DNA of 64,000 bases from NCBI GenBank assembly GCA_030390025.1, contig CM059432.1, positions 119,538,001 to 119,602,000 on the forward strand, given 5' to 3'. This DNA comes from Squalus acanthias. Lineage: Eukaryota. Every line of letters starts with the position of its first letter. Positions within the stretch are counted from its first letter, which is position 1. The notes beneath the pieces are model-generated. The model saw nothing but the letters and a program-made list of their open reading frames with translations, made no database searches and was not told where the DNA came from. This document shows, in pieces, positions 1 to 11,561 of this stretch. A program made the translations under genes and the position numbers.

Positions 1-862
1 CAATGATGTTCCTGGTAGCTTGATGGCTCTCGTTGTACCGCAGCTTAGCAGGGGTGTTGGGCGTACGGAGCGGTGTCATCAGCCAGGTGCTCAATGGATA
101 TCCCTTGTCCCCGAGAAGCCAACCAACTGGCTGATGCGGTGCCTCGAAAAGTTCTGCCACAGTAGTCTGGCGCAGGATGAAAGCATCGTGGCAGCTGCCA
201 GGATAGTGGGCATTGACAGCGAGTATCAGCTGTCTTTGGTCACAGACCAACTGAACATTCAAATAATGGAACCCCTTTCTGTTCCGGAAATCCTCGGCAT
301 TCACATGTGGAGCACGCAAAGCCACATGCGTGCAGTCAATGGCGCCCTGCACCATGGGGAAGCCCGCTATCCCCGCAAAGCCCAGAGCGCGGTCATGCTG
401 CTTGTCTAGGGTCATGGGGAAAGAGATGAACTCTTGTCTCCTTTTAAAGAGGGCATTTGTGACCTGCCGGATGCAACAATGCACCGCGAACTGGGAGATA
501 TTGGCGAGGTCCCCAGCAGCAGCTTGAAATGAGCCAGTAGCATAGAAGTTGAGAGCCACTGTGACCTTCACTGCCACCGACAGAGACGTCCTGGACCTCA
601 GTTGATGCTGCAGATCTGGTTGCAGCAGGTGGCAGAGCTCAGTGACCACCTCCTTGCTGAATCGCAGCCTTCGCAAACACAGCTCCTCAGACATATGAAT
701 GTAGGAGAGCTGTTCACGATATACCCTGGGAGGGTAAGCTCTCCTGTACATACGCCTGTTGGCCCTCCTCCGTCTGGCCATCATTGCCACTCTCTCTCTG
801 CGTCTCTGTGTCCTCCGATTCTGCTGGAGCAGGACGACGCCCCCATTCAGTGCAGCCCCCAT
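1..862 (-). CDS. PIF/Harbinger (HARBI1-like) DDE transposase, uninterrupted ORF running off the window start
   Basis: Manual translation from ATG at 862: MGAALNGGVVLLQQNRR...VKVTVALNFYATGSFQ...GFPMVQGAIDCTHV...NRKGFHYLNVQLVCD...YPGSCHDAFIL...[10 protein letters not shown]...YNESHQATRNII(E). No stop in 287 codons. Missing from the ORF track because the stop lies outside the window. Confidence 0.9.
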   Translation of the reverse strand, partial: MGAALNGGVVLLQQNRRTQRRRERVAMMARRRRANRRMYRRAYPPRVYREQLSYIHMSEELCLRRLRFSKEVVTELCHLLQPDLQHQLRSRTSLSVAVKVTVALNFYATGSFQAAAGDLANISQFAVHCCIRQVTNALFKRRQEFISFPMTLDKQHDRALGFAGIAGFPMVQGAIDCTHVALRAPHVNAEDFRNRKGFHYLNVQLVCDQRQLILAVNAHYPGSCHDAFILRQTTVAELFEAPHQPVGWLLGDKGYPLSTWLMTPLRTPNTPAKLRYNESHQATRNII

Positions 863-1350
863 AGTCTCTTTGTAAGCAAAGTTATGAAGGACAGCAACCA
901 AAGTACCAGCGAAGTTAGGATCAGTAGGCAAAACTACCTCACAAAGTGTTGACTCAATGCAGAAGTCTCTCTCTCTCTCTCAGAACGAGTGGTGCAAAAA
1001 TGTCAACCACAGAAAAAGACAGGAAGAGGCCCCCTTTAAATAGCGCCCCCCCCCCAGCCCCACAGCGATTGATAGCGTTCCAGTCTTCCGGTCGTTGGAT
1101 GCGCCAGGCGGTAAGGCAGGGGGCGCCACTGAATTTCCGCTCCGGGGCGCCACAAGGGCGTTGCACCATGGAATGACGTCACAATCTGCGCGCGCAGGTG
1201 GTCGCGGCGGTAAAGTTTAGCGCCGCCGCACAATGTCTAGTTAAGTTCCCGAGCGGCGCAAACAGCGCTGCGCCCGGGCGCTAGCGGCTTTGCGCCCCAT
1301 TATCCTCTTAAGGCGCTAACAGGAGGCGCAACCAACTGAATTTTTCCCCC
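1..1350 (-). mobile_element. Harbinger DNA transposon, transposase-side end
   Basis: TIR ...ACTGAATTTTTCCCCC ends at 1350; subterminal AGCGCC/GGCGCT repeats; end homologous to 13633 onward. Confidence 0.85.
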
Positions 1351-1689
1351 AATCTCTAGTCATTTTTCTGCTGACCCCTTCTATTCTTACAGTCAGTTCA
1401 GCTGGTAGCAAGCAGACTCGTGTCTCTCCTTTAGGTGTTTCAAGTTCAACACAAAAACAATGTGACGGGTGGTGCCTCCCCCACTTGATGCCATTCTTAC
1501 CAAGGTCTTCTGTTTGTATCTTTTGCATTTAGAACACCTCAACCAGTTGCACCATTGTCTTCTCAGTTACCTCAGTTGGTTGCAACACATAATCGTGTCT
1601 CCTGTGTTTCATTTAATGTCATTTTTACGAAGGCATATGTTTCTTTAATTTTATGTGATTCTTTTCAAAGTGTTGGTTTAAGACACTTT

Positions 1690-2326
1690 GGGTTGGATTT
1701 TGATACTGGGGCGGGTTGGGATCGTGTCATCCGCTTTTCGTGTTATCCACCCGACTGCAATTGGATGTGGGAGATTGATGCAATTTTCACCTAATTGGGC
1801 AATTGAGTTCCAGCATGTGGGAACCCATGAACCAATTCGTGTTTTCAGTCTGAAAGTCGCCTCTGATGATGTCATCATTGCTGCTGCATTGAAGGTCAGA
1901 GACTGCCTGGCCTTTGCTGTGAGAGGACCTGGATGCAAAATGAACAGCTCTAGGTCTGGAGAGAGAGAGAGAGAGAGAGAATGAGAATTCCCAGATATGG
2001 CTCCTCCATCCCAGATGCCTGCCAGCCCCAGTTACTGATAGTCAGCTATCCAAATGTGCTCCTGCCAGGCTTCACGGAGAACAAGGGTTAAAATCACAAA
2101 GGCCTTTCAAATTGGCATTATAGAGCCAATTTAGTGCTTGTTAAGAGCATTAACAGCCTATCCCGTCTCTTAGAGGCGGGATGGAGTCGGGACCAGCAGA
2201 CACGATTTAATGAAAATTGCGTGGAGGTGGGATGGAGGCGGACTTGTGCCCGCCCGCCAGTTTTTGCAATTTTAACCCCCCACATGCCTCCAAACCCGCC
2301 TCCACGGGTCAATGAAAATCCAGCCC
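1690..2326 (+). mobile_element. Non-autonomous Harbinger-type MITE, family A copy 1
   Basis: TIR GGGTTGGATTTT...AAAATCCAGCCC, TSD TTT/TTT; near-identical to 4553-5207; internal (GA)n at ~1959-1980. Confidence 0.85.
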
Positions 2327-3499
2327 TTTAACTGGGTATACCATTGTGTTCTTTCCAAGGCTTCAGACTTCCAGGAACCTTTAACCTTCTGTTTCATTAA
2401 GGCTATTGATTCTGTGTCAACAACTTATCTTATCTCAACAGCCTGTATGCTGTTCACAGCTTTAGATTGTTGAGGCTTCCAAATTTTCAACCTAGTTTGT
2501 CATTTTTTAATAAAGTCAAAATTCTTCATAGAATGGTGTATTTTTCTGAATATGGCTTATTCCTTCACAGGCTGCTGCCTTCCTAGGCTTCCCTCCTCTA
2601 TGATCGTTATTTACTCTCAGTTTCTAGATGAGGAATGTGGCCGTTTATTGATCCCCTTCAAACATAATTCCATTTTGAATCAATTTATGCGCCTAGAAAT
2701 TCATTTAAGCCAGCTTTCAGGCACCACCTGTTTTAGGTGGCCACCCTGGATTCCTAAAAAATAGCCCCCAACTCAATTTTGGGTTAGCGCCTTGGGACGG
2801 TTGACTACGTTAAAGTTGATATATCAATCCATGTTGTTGTTGGACATTTTTCAGGCATCCTTGGGGCACAGGGCATTGGTCCCTGAAATTGGGTCTTTTT
2901 GCACCCATTTCATGGCCATAAAACGGGCACAGCGTGGTCCAATTTTCTCCGTAGTTCCTTTGTATTGCCCACTTGAAAAATGGTAACTTATCATAACACT
3001 GGGCTCCTGAAAATATGCACTTCACTATCCAAAATCACTCTTTGCCTTTGAGATTGTATTACTCTAGTATATATTTCTGTGTATAAATTTTAACGTGTTA
3101 AAAAATAAGGATGTCTTGGTGAATTATGTTACAAGATAAACTCTGTTATCAGGCCATATCGGTTAATTAATGACCTGAAACATAAGCATGGCTCATTTAA
3201 AGCTGTAACAAAGTTTTGAGTTTCACATTCTGTTCAAATCCCTGATTTCTGCTTTAAAAAAGATTGTTCCAGCTGATTTCAGCTGTCTTTCCCCTCTCAC
3301 ACCCTTCTCTGTGATAGTTTCCCCCTTACCTATGATTCCAGTTCCTTCAGCAAAGATCTTGCTTTCTTAGACACAATTTGTAAATTAGTATCCCTGTCAA
3401 CCAAACTTTTGGAGCCTCAGTGGATGCTTTTATATTGAAATCAGTGATCTGTTAGTCCCACTGGCCCCTGATGCATCAGGCTTGTACAGCTGGTGGTAA

Positions 3500-3820
3500 C
3501 CCCATGGTAGCTTAATGCTTATGGTATTGGACGAGCGTAGCAGAGGTCATGAACTGAAATTCTACCATAACAAGTTATGAAATCAAATTTATGGTCATCT
3601 TTGGGCTAATACAAGAAAACAGCCATGAAAGCTGCTGGATTGTTGCAAAAGACCAACTGGTTCACAAATGATTTTCAGGGAAGGAAACTTGTCACCCCTA
3701 CTAGATCTGGCCTACAAGTGATGCTAATTCTACAGTATGTGGTTGACTCATAATGCCCCCAGGGCTCCTAGGGATGGGCAATAAAAGCTGACTTGCCAGT
3801 GTTGCCCACATCCAAGAACA
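3500..3820 (+). mobile_element. Decayed SINE sharing its body and 3' tail with the LINE at 6121
   Basis: Body CTGGTTCAC...CAGGGAAGGAAAC...TCTGGCCTAC...GTGGTTGACTC matches 6290-6420 and is joined directly to GGGATGGGCAATAAA...GCCCACATCC, the LINE 3' end seen at 24770-24830(-). Confidence 0.7.
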
Positions 3821-4498
3821 TACAAGGAAATAACTTAGCAGATTTGCTAACAGCAGCAGCTGGGAAGACCCAACATGAACAATTCCGGCAAGATTACTTT
3901 GAACTTGCCGTTGGCTGCACTCAACCCGCACATCAGCAGCTCTGGCTCTCCATTTAAACCCAGTATAAAATCAGCCAACGCACTGCAAGTTGCTAAATTA
4001 AAAGCAATTCTATAGCTTTAGCCATTGTGTAGAGCCTGGTTAGTCACAGTAAACTACAGTTGTTAAATTCTAATATTCTAAAGTAGAAAGAAGGGTGTGG
4101 GATCATTAAGTTTCACACACTGGAAAATATTGACCATAATGAAAAGTAAATGTGAGTTGAGCAGTGGAGTAATTAATGCAAGAAATAGTAATAGGGTTTC
4201 CTTTAACTTCCACTGCTACTCAGTCGTGCTCCCTTGCCAAAACACATTTCCTAAAGTTATCAATAAAAATTTGCATGTTAATGATGTTTAAAGCCTTGTA
4301 AAAGCCCAAACTCTAGCATAATTAATTGGAGGAGATTGGCAACAAAAATTAATTATTAGCTCACATTCACACCTTTTTAGTTGGTTATAGGAAGGAAAGG
4401 CAAAGCTAGTACTCATCTATGTAATTAAGCTTTGCCCAGTGCACTTGCATCGTACCTCGAAGTGTCACACCTGCAAAATTTACATCACTTGGAACCAT

Positions 4499-6064
4499 GG
4501 AGGGAATTTTAACCCAAAAAAACGGGTGGGTTGGTGTCTTGGGGGAAGTTAAGGGCTGGATTTTGATACTGGGGCGGGTTGGGGTCGTGTTATCCACTTT
4601 TTGTGTTATCCACCTGACTGCAACTGGATGTGGGAGATTGATGCAATTTTCACCTAATTGGGCAATTGAGTTCCAGCATGTGGGAACCCATGAACCAATT
4701 AGTGTTTTCAGTCTGAAAGTCGCCTTTGATGATGTCATCATTGCTGCTGCATTGAAGGTCTTCAAAGACTGCCTGGCCTTTGCTGTGAGAGGACCTGCAA
4801 AATAATCAGCAGCCCTAAGTCTGCTCCCAGATATTTTTACATCACCATTCCCCCAGATATGTCTCCTCTCTATCCATCCATATATGCATCCCCATAGCCA
4901 GCCAGCCAGCCAGCCAATGTGCACCTGCCAGGTTTCACAATCGTGGTTCAGAACAGGCGTGCTTCACGTAGAACAAGGGTTAAAATCACAAAGGCCTTTC
5001 AAAATGGCATTATATAACCAATTTAATGCTTGTTAAGGGCCTTAACAGCCTATCCCGCCTCTTAAAGGTGGGACGGAGTCGGGACCAGCAGACACGATTT
5101 AATGAAAATTGCGTGGAGGCGGACTTGTGCCCACCCGCCAGTTTTTGCAATTTTAACCCCCCATACGCCTCCAAACCCGCCTCCACGGGTCAATGAAAAT
5201 CCAGCCCAAAGTGTTAAAAATCTGAATCTTGACCAGAACCTGTCCACTTCCAGTTTTAACAGAGGTGGGATGGGGGCGGGCAGCCAATCCGCTGCCAGGA
5301 GGCGGGTCACCCACTTAAATACTATAATGAGGCTGGCATGCCTCAGATTTAACCTCCATTTTAAATTTAACAGTGGCTGGTTGGGTTTTGCACGCTAATG
5401 GAAGTCGAAGACTGCTGGATCCAGGAGTCCTTTACACTTACCTCCAGATCCAGGGTCCCTACCTAACCCACCACCTGCAATTGGAGACCCCGCCACGAGG
5501 CCTCCGATCCCCTCCTCGAGGCTTCTGATCCCCCCACCAGGTCTCCGATCCCCGGGCCTCTGATTTCCCCCCCCCCCCACTGCCAGGCCTCCCTCCTACC
5601 CCCTCCCATTCTCCGGCCCCCGAGCTGTGCTCCGGCCCCCGATCATTCCTGTCTGCACCCCCGCTCCTCTGGCTCTCCGACCATTTTCTCCACCCCCCAC
5701 TCCTCTGGCGCTTCGACCACCCCAACCACCCTTTCCCCCCGCCCCCCCGCTGCTCCGGCCCTCCAATCATTTGGCTCCGGCCTCCCCGCACCCAGCTCCT
5801 CCAGACCTCCCCATGCTCCTCCAGCCACCCCCCCCACCACCTGGCCCCCATGGGATCCCTCCCTCCCTCCTCTCTGCAGCCTAGTGCCGCAGGCCTACCT
5901 GCCCAACAGCCAGTCAGCCAATCACTCAATCTGGCTGGCTGCAGGTGGGAAACAGAGGTTTCCCATGTAAATCAGGGCACGCCATTAAATTCTGGTTTCC
6001 CAACCACTTCCGAACACCCCCCTCCCTACCGCTCCCAACCCGCCTCCCCATTAAAATTCAGGCC
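4499..6064. mobile_element. Non-autonomous Harbinger-type element with C-rich low-complexity core, hosting a nested MITE
   Basis: Ends GGAGGGAATTTTAA...TTAAAATTCAGGCC; CCATGG at both junctions, consistent with a 3-bp TSD; left arm resembles 39861 onward. Confidence 0.6.
4553..5207 (+). mobile_element. MITE family A copy 2 (nested)
   Basis: TIR GGGCTGGATTTT...AAAATCCAGCCC; flanks TAA/AAA; aligns to 1690-2326. Confidence 0.85.
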
Positions 6065-6120
6065 ATGGTGTCAAGCCTCTGAATCAGAAGTTTGTGTGTT
6101 CCATTCTCACTCCAGACAAT

Positions 6121-9100
6121 GGGAGTGGTCGCATAGTGGTAATGTTACTGGATTAGTAATCCAGAGGCCTGAACTAATGATCTAGAAACATGAATTTAAA
6201 TCCCACCATGCAAGCTGGGAAATTTAAATTCAGCGAATTAAAAAAGTTTGGAATAAAAATCTAGTATCAGTAATGGTGACCATGAAACTATCGGATTGTC
6301 GTAAAAACCCATTTTGTTCACTAATGTCCTTTAGGGAAGGAAATCTGCCACCGTAACCTGGTCTGGCCTATATATGACTTCAGACCCACAGCAATGTGGT
6401 TGACTCTTAACTGCCCTCTGAAATGGCCTAGCAAGCCACTCAGTTGTAACAAACCGCTAGGAGAAACAATAATAATAAAACCGGACGGACCACCCGGCAT
6501 CGACCTAGGCTTCGGACATGGCTAACAGCACACCCAGCCCAGACAACTTTGCAAAGTCCTCCTCACTAACATCTGGGGACTTGTGGCAAATTTGGGAGAG
6601 CTGTCCCACAGACTAGTCAAGCAACAGCCTGACATAGTGACATTCACAGTACCATACCTTTCAGACAATGTCCCAGATTCCCTGTGTCACCATCCCTGGG
6701 TATGTCCTGTCCCACCAGCAGAACAGACCCACCAGAGGTGGCGGCACTGTGGTATACAATCGGGAGGGAATGGCCCTGCCAGTCATCAACATTGACTCTG
6801 GACCCCATGAAGTCTCAAGGCTTCAGGTCAAGCATGGACAAGGAAACCTCCTGCTGATTACCACCAACTGCCCTCCCTCAGCTAATGAATCAGTACTCCT
6901 CCATCTTGAGCACCATTTGGAAGAAGCACTGAGAGTAGCAAGGGCACAGAATGTACTCTGGGTGGGGGACTTGAATGTCCATCACCAAGAGTGGTTCGGT
7001 AGCACCACTACTGACTGAGTCCTGAAAGACATAGCTGCCAGACTGGGCCTGCGGCAGGTGATGAGAGAACCAACATGAGGGAAAACCTACTTGACCCTGT
7101 CCTCACCAATCTACCTGTCGCAGATGCATCTGTCCATGACAGCATTAGTATCAGTGACCACCGCGCAGTCCTTGTGAAGACGAAGTCCCGTCTTCACACT
7201 GAGGACACCGTCCATCGTGTTGTGTGGCACTACCACTGTGTTAAATTAGATAGATTCAGAACAGATCTAGCAACTCAAAACTGACCATCCATAAGGCGCT
7301 GTGGGCCATCAGCAGCAGCAGAATTGTATTACACCACAATCTGTAACCTCATGGCTCGACATATCCCTCACTCAACCATTACCATCAAGCCAGGGGACCA
7401 ACCCTTGTTCAAAGAGGAGTGCTGGAGGGCATGCCAGGAGCAGCACCAGGCGTACCTAAAAATGAGGTGCCAACCTTGGGAAGCTGCAACACAGGACTAC
7501 ATGCATGCTAAACAGCGGAAGCAGCATGCTATAGACAGAGCTAAACGATCCCACAATTAACGGATCAGATCAAAGCTCTGCAGTCCTGCCACATCCAGTC
7601 ATGAATGGTGGTGGACAATTAAACTAACGGGAGGAGGAGACTCCATGAATATCCCCATCCTCAATGAAGGCGGAGCCCAGCACATGAGTACAAAAGACAA
7701 AGCTGAAGCATTTACAACCACCTTCAGCTAGAAGTGCCGAGTGGATGATCCATATCGGCCTACTCCTGAGGTCCCCACCATCACAGAAGCCAGTCTTCAG
7801 CCAATTCGATTCACTCCATTGTGATTCACTGCATTATGATATCAAGAAACTGCTGAGCACACTGGATACAGCAAAGGCTATGGACCCTGATAACATCCCG
7901 GCTGTGGTGCTGAAGACTTGTGCTTCAGAACAAGCCACGCCTCGAGCTAAGCTGTTCCAGTACTGCTACTACACTGGCATCTAACCGACAAAGTGGAAAA
8001 TTGCCCAGGTATGTCCTGTCACAAAAAGCAGGACAAATCCAATCCAACCAATTACCATCCCATCAGCCTACTCTCAATCATCAGCAAAGTGATGGAAGGA
8101 GTCGTTGACAGTGCTATCAAGTGGCACTTACTCACCAATAACCTGCTCACTGATGCCCAGTTTGGGTTCCGCCAGGACCACTTGGTTCCAGACCTCATTA
8201 CAGCCTTGGTCCAAACATGGACAAAAGAGCTGAATTCCAGAGGTGAGATAGAGTGACTGCCCTTGACATCAAGGCAGCATTTGACCAAGTATGGCATCAA
8301 GGGGCCCTAGTAAAATTGAAGTAAATGGGAATCGGGGGAAAACTCTCCACTGGCTGGAGTCATACCGAGCACAAAGGAAGATGGTTGTGGTGTTTAGAGC
8401 TCAATCATTACAGCCCCAGGACATTGCTGCAGGAGTTCCTCAGGGCAGTGTCCAAGGCTCAACCATCTTCAGCTGCTTCATCAATGACCTTCTCTCCAAC
8501 ATAATGGGCCAGAAATTCGGTTTTCCGGCTTCCTGCGGGTGCAAGCATCGCACGCGTACTTACCTACCGCGCCTGCTGTTGTGTTTTGGGCCCACGAGAA
8601 CTTCGGGTCCTGGGCCTCCTCCAGCTGCCAGCACGCAGTGCTTGCATATCCCAGGGGAGCAGTTAGTTCGAAGCGTCCCCTGGGATCACGTGGGCCATGG
8701 AGAGCCAATCCTAGCAGGCCATTTTCATTCATAGATTTGACAGGAAGACCTGTCAAATCTATGAATTGAAATCGGCCTCAAAACAACACCTAAACTTCAA
8801 ATAAATTAAAAAAAAAATCACATTTTTAAAATAACTATAAGTTAAATAAATTAACTACTTTAAACAAAAATGTAAATTTTTGAAAAAATTTAAATACTTT
8901 TTAACGGTGCTAAAAATAAACTTACCTTTCTTTAAAGTATCTAAAAAAGATAAACCTGTTGAAAAAATGTTTAAATTGTAATTAATTAACCACTTACCTT
9001 GTTAAAAACGGGTCTTGCGCCTCCTTTTTAAAAGCGCAGCTTCTTCCATACTTACCTTCCCGGAGAAACCTGAAAAAAAACTGAAGTTCGCTGCGTGCGC

Positions 9101-9485
9101 GCAGCCTCTCCCGCGCACACGGTTCACCTCTGAACCCCTCCCTTCACGAGACCGGAAGTTCCAGTTTCCCACGCATGCGCAGTGCATGCAGGAAACCGGC
9201 ACTTCAAGTGGCCTTACGGGTGAGTACACAGCGCGTACTCACCCGACAAGCGCCGAATTTCTGGGCTAATGTTAGAAATGGTGATGTTCGCTGATGATTG
9301 CACAGTGTTCAGTGCCATTCGCAACTCCACAGATAATGAAGCAGTCTGTGCCCGCATGCAGCAAGACCTGGACAACATTCAGGCTTGGGCTGATAAGTGG
9401 CAAGTAACATTCGTGCCACACAAGTGCCAGGCAATGAATATCTCCAACATGAGAGAGCCTAGACACTTCTCCTTGACTTGCAATA
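6121..9485 (+). mobile_element. LINE (APE endonuclease + RT, CR1/L2 group), degraded, with tRNA-like 5' head; interrupted by a MITE; 3' part lost
   Basis: EN motifs (LTNIWGL, QPDIV, WVGDLNVHH, SDHRAV) from ~6555; RT motifs (YHPISLLS, QFGFR, GVPQGS, FINDL|MFADD); several stops and frameshifts. Confidence 0.9.
8506..9267 (+). mobile_element. Palindrome-rich MITE family B copy 1
   Basis: 15-bp TIR GGGCCAGAAATTCGG / CCGAATTTCTGGGCT, TSD AAT/AAT; splits the LINE RT between FINDL and MFADD. Confidence 0.92.
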
Positions 9486-9487
9486 TC

Positions 9488-9654
9488 AGGGCCCCTGCTG
9501 ATGTGTGCAGCCAATGAACAGCGCAGGGAGCAATCATGTGAAACAGCAGCCCGCACCAATTCACCGTGCTGCCAGCAACGCGATGAACGGGTGCGGGTTA
9601 ATCGTGTACCACATGCCTCACGCCCATTTTTGGGGGTTATCCAATTTCTCTCCC
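9488..9654. mobile_element. One-ended Harbinger-type fragment
   Basis: Ends CCAATTTCTCTCCC (TIR-like); sits where the LINE 3' part should be. Confidence 0.45.
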
Positions 9655-11561
9655 AATAAGTTTAGTTTTGATTTACAAATGTGGGCATCGGAATTCATAA
9701 TGTCGAAAAATGACTTTAAAATGGGGACTGAATTACATGTACACACCCTGGTCCAATTATTCCCTGTCCTATAATCCTGCTAGACCTGAAGACTACACTT
9801 GGTCTTGATCCACCTCCTTCCTCCCCCACCCTCCATGTGCAATGCCAAAGAAATTTGACACAATAAAAGAATGGAATGGTACGAGATTTCAAAAAAGATT
9901 ATTTTCTCTGAACCTATTCACTGCAAAGCGAATCAGTAACACTTTTATAAGATCTGAATATGATATGATAAGTTAAGCGACATAGTGATACGTCAAATTT
10001 TGTTGTAGACAATTAATATGGATTTTTTCCACTGAACACATCAATTATTAATTTTTCTGCTCTATAGTGTACATTATGTACCACTCTACTTCATCTAAAT
10101 TCAGATTATATATCACAATATTTCCTCACGAAGTTCCACAGTTCATTTACTTGTAGTTTTCAAACATGTTTTGAGGGGGTACTGTCTAAATCCCTACCAA
10201 GAGTCAATGATTTGATTAAATATCTGGGTATTTTAAGTAATACGGGCCTTGTGCCAAGCCTAGGAAGACTTGGCACTGTAGGATACTGTAGGATGTCTGT
10301 GTTCTCCCTCTAACAATGTGATCTTCCTTTGCTGTCAAGGCTTTTCGTAATCAGAGTGTTGGGGAGGGGAGGAATTTTCAATTGCCGGCTGAATGCTTCT
10401 TACTTGAAAGACAGGCGGCCAGCAGAAGAAAATCTGGTGCGTACCTTCGACACCCATTTGCCCGCCTGATTCGATTTTCAGGCATGCCTATAAATGTGTT
10501 CCCAGCACTCCCGCCCAAAACAGACTGTTAAATATGAAAATTGGTGTCATATGCTGGTTGTTGTTTTCGTATCTTTGCAGCCTTCCCTTGGAGAAGGGGG
10601 TGAAGCGGTCTAAGGATTCGCAGGCTGATTCACGGCCTGACAGACTGCGATGTGCATGCTCCAGCCATGGCCATAACCATCTTTGTACCAGCCGATATCT
10701 AGCTGAATGTCAACCAGGGAAGCTCTGGTCTCCACTTGCTGGGACTGTCTGAGGTGGGGTATAAAAACTTCCACCTTCTGACTCAGATGGGAATACTACC
10801 ATTCAGCCAAAGACTCACTCCGTGCGTCAGTTGTAGAGCCCTGAACTACAACCTTAATGTGCAATTGGGTGGAGCATGTTGACCCCAATTGTATTCAGTA
10901 TTTAGTGACCTAACCAGCCACGGGACTGCTAGAGTCCACTCAAGAAAAGGTAGCTTTTGTTTTTTTTTCTCTCAAATGTTTGTGAGGCCAACAGGCCCTA
11001 TCTGCCGACCAGCTCTGTGCAGAAGACGGTCGATTTCCCACAGCTCGCCAGTTAAATTCAAATGAGGACTGAACCTGAAATTGGTTTGAGTCTTCCGATT
11101 GTGGCCTTGGGCAGGCGCCACGGGGACACCGGCAACTTTGCGCCCTTTTTGGGCCGAAGTTGAAAATCCCCCTCCCATGTCGTAGCTTACCCATTCAGTA
11201 GGACCCAAAGAGCACATTGCTGTGATGGAGCACAGCCACAAAGATACTGACTCCAATTGTTTCAGAGATTACAGGCTCTCTGTCATGAAAATGTTTCTTT
11301 ATTCTCAGGCAAAGTGGAGAGGCACGAAGTGCAGCGATAAACCCTGCAGATTAGTGGAACTCCAACTCTGCAGGAAATAAGATTGATCTTGGATCCCACT
11401 TATCCATACCTGTAACAGAAGCCAGACTTAAAATTGTAAGGCCCTAAAAGACACCTTCACCGGCTTTCTCATCATGCTCTGAGGCTGAACTAGATGCAAA
11501 TTTACATGGGTTGGTATATGCTCCAGTTTTTTGAACAAGGTGGAAAATCTTTGGATACTTA

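Noticed and set aside
1..862. Domesticated host HARBI1 gene
   Set aside because: Flanked by a TIR and subterminal repeats, with several decayed relatives nearby, so it is a transposon copy.
5459..5929. Pro/Gly-rich ORFs
   Set aside because: Low-complexity C-rich core of a non-autonomous element.
8481..8769. Recurring ORFs such as MTGLPVKSMN... in family B copies
   Set aside because: Lengths and stops differ between copies; the peptide comes from the palindrome and resembles no domain I know.
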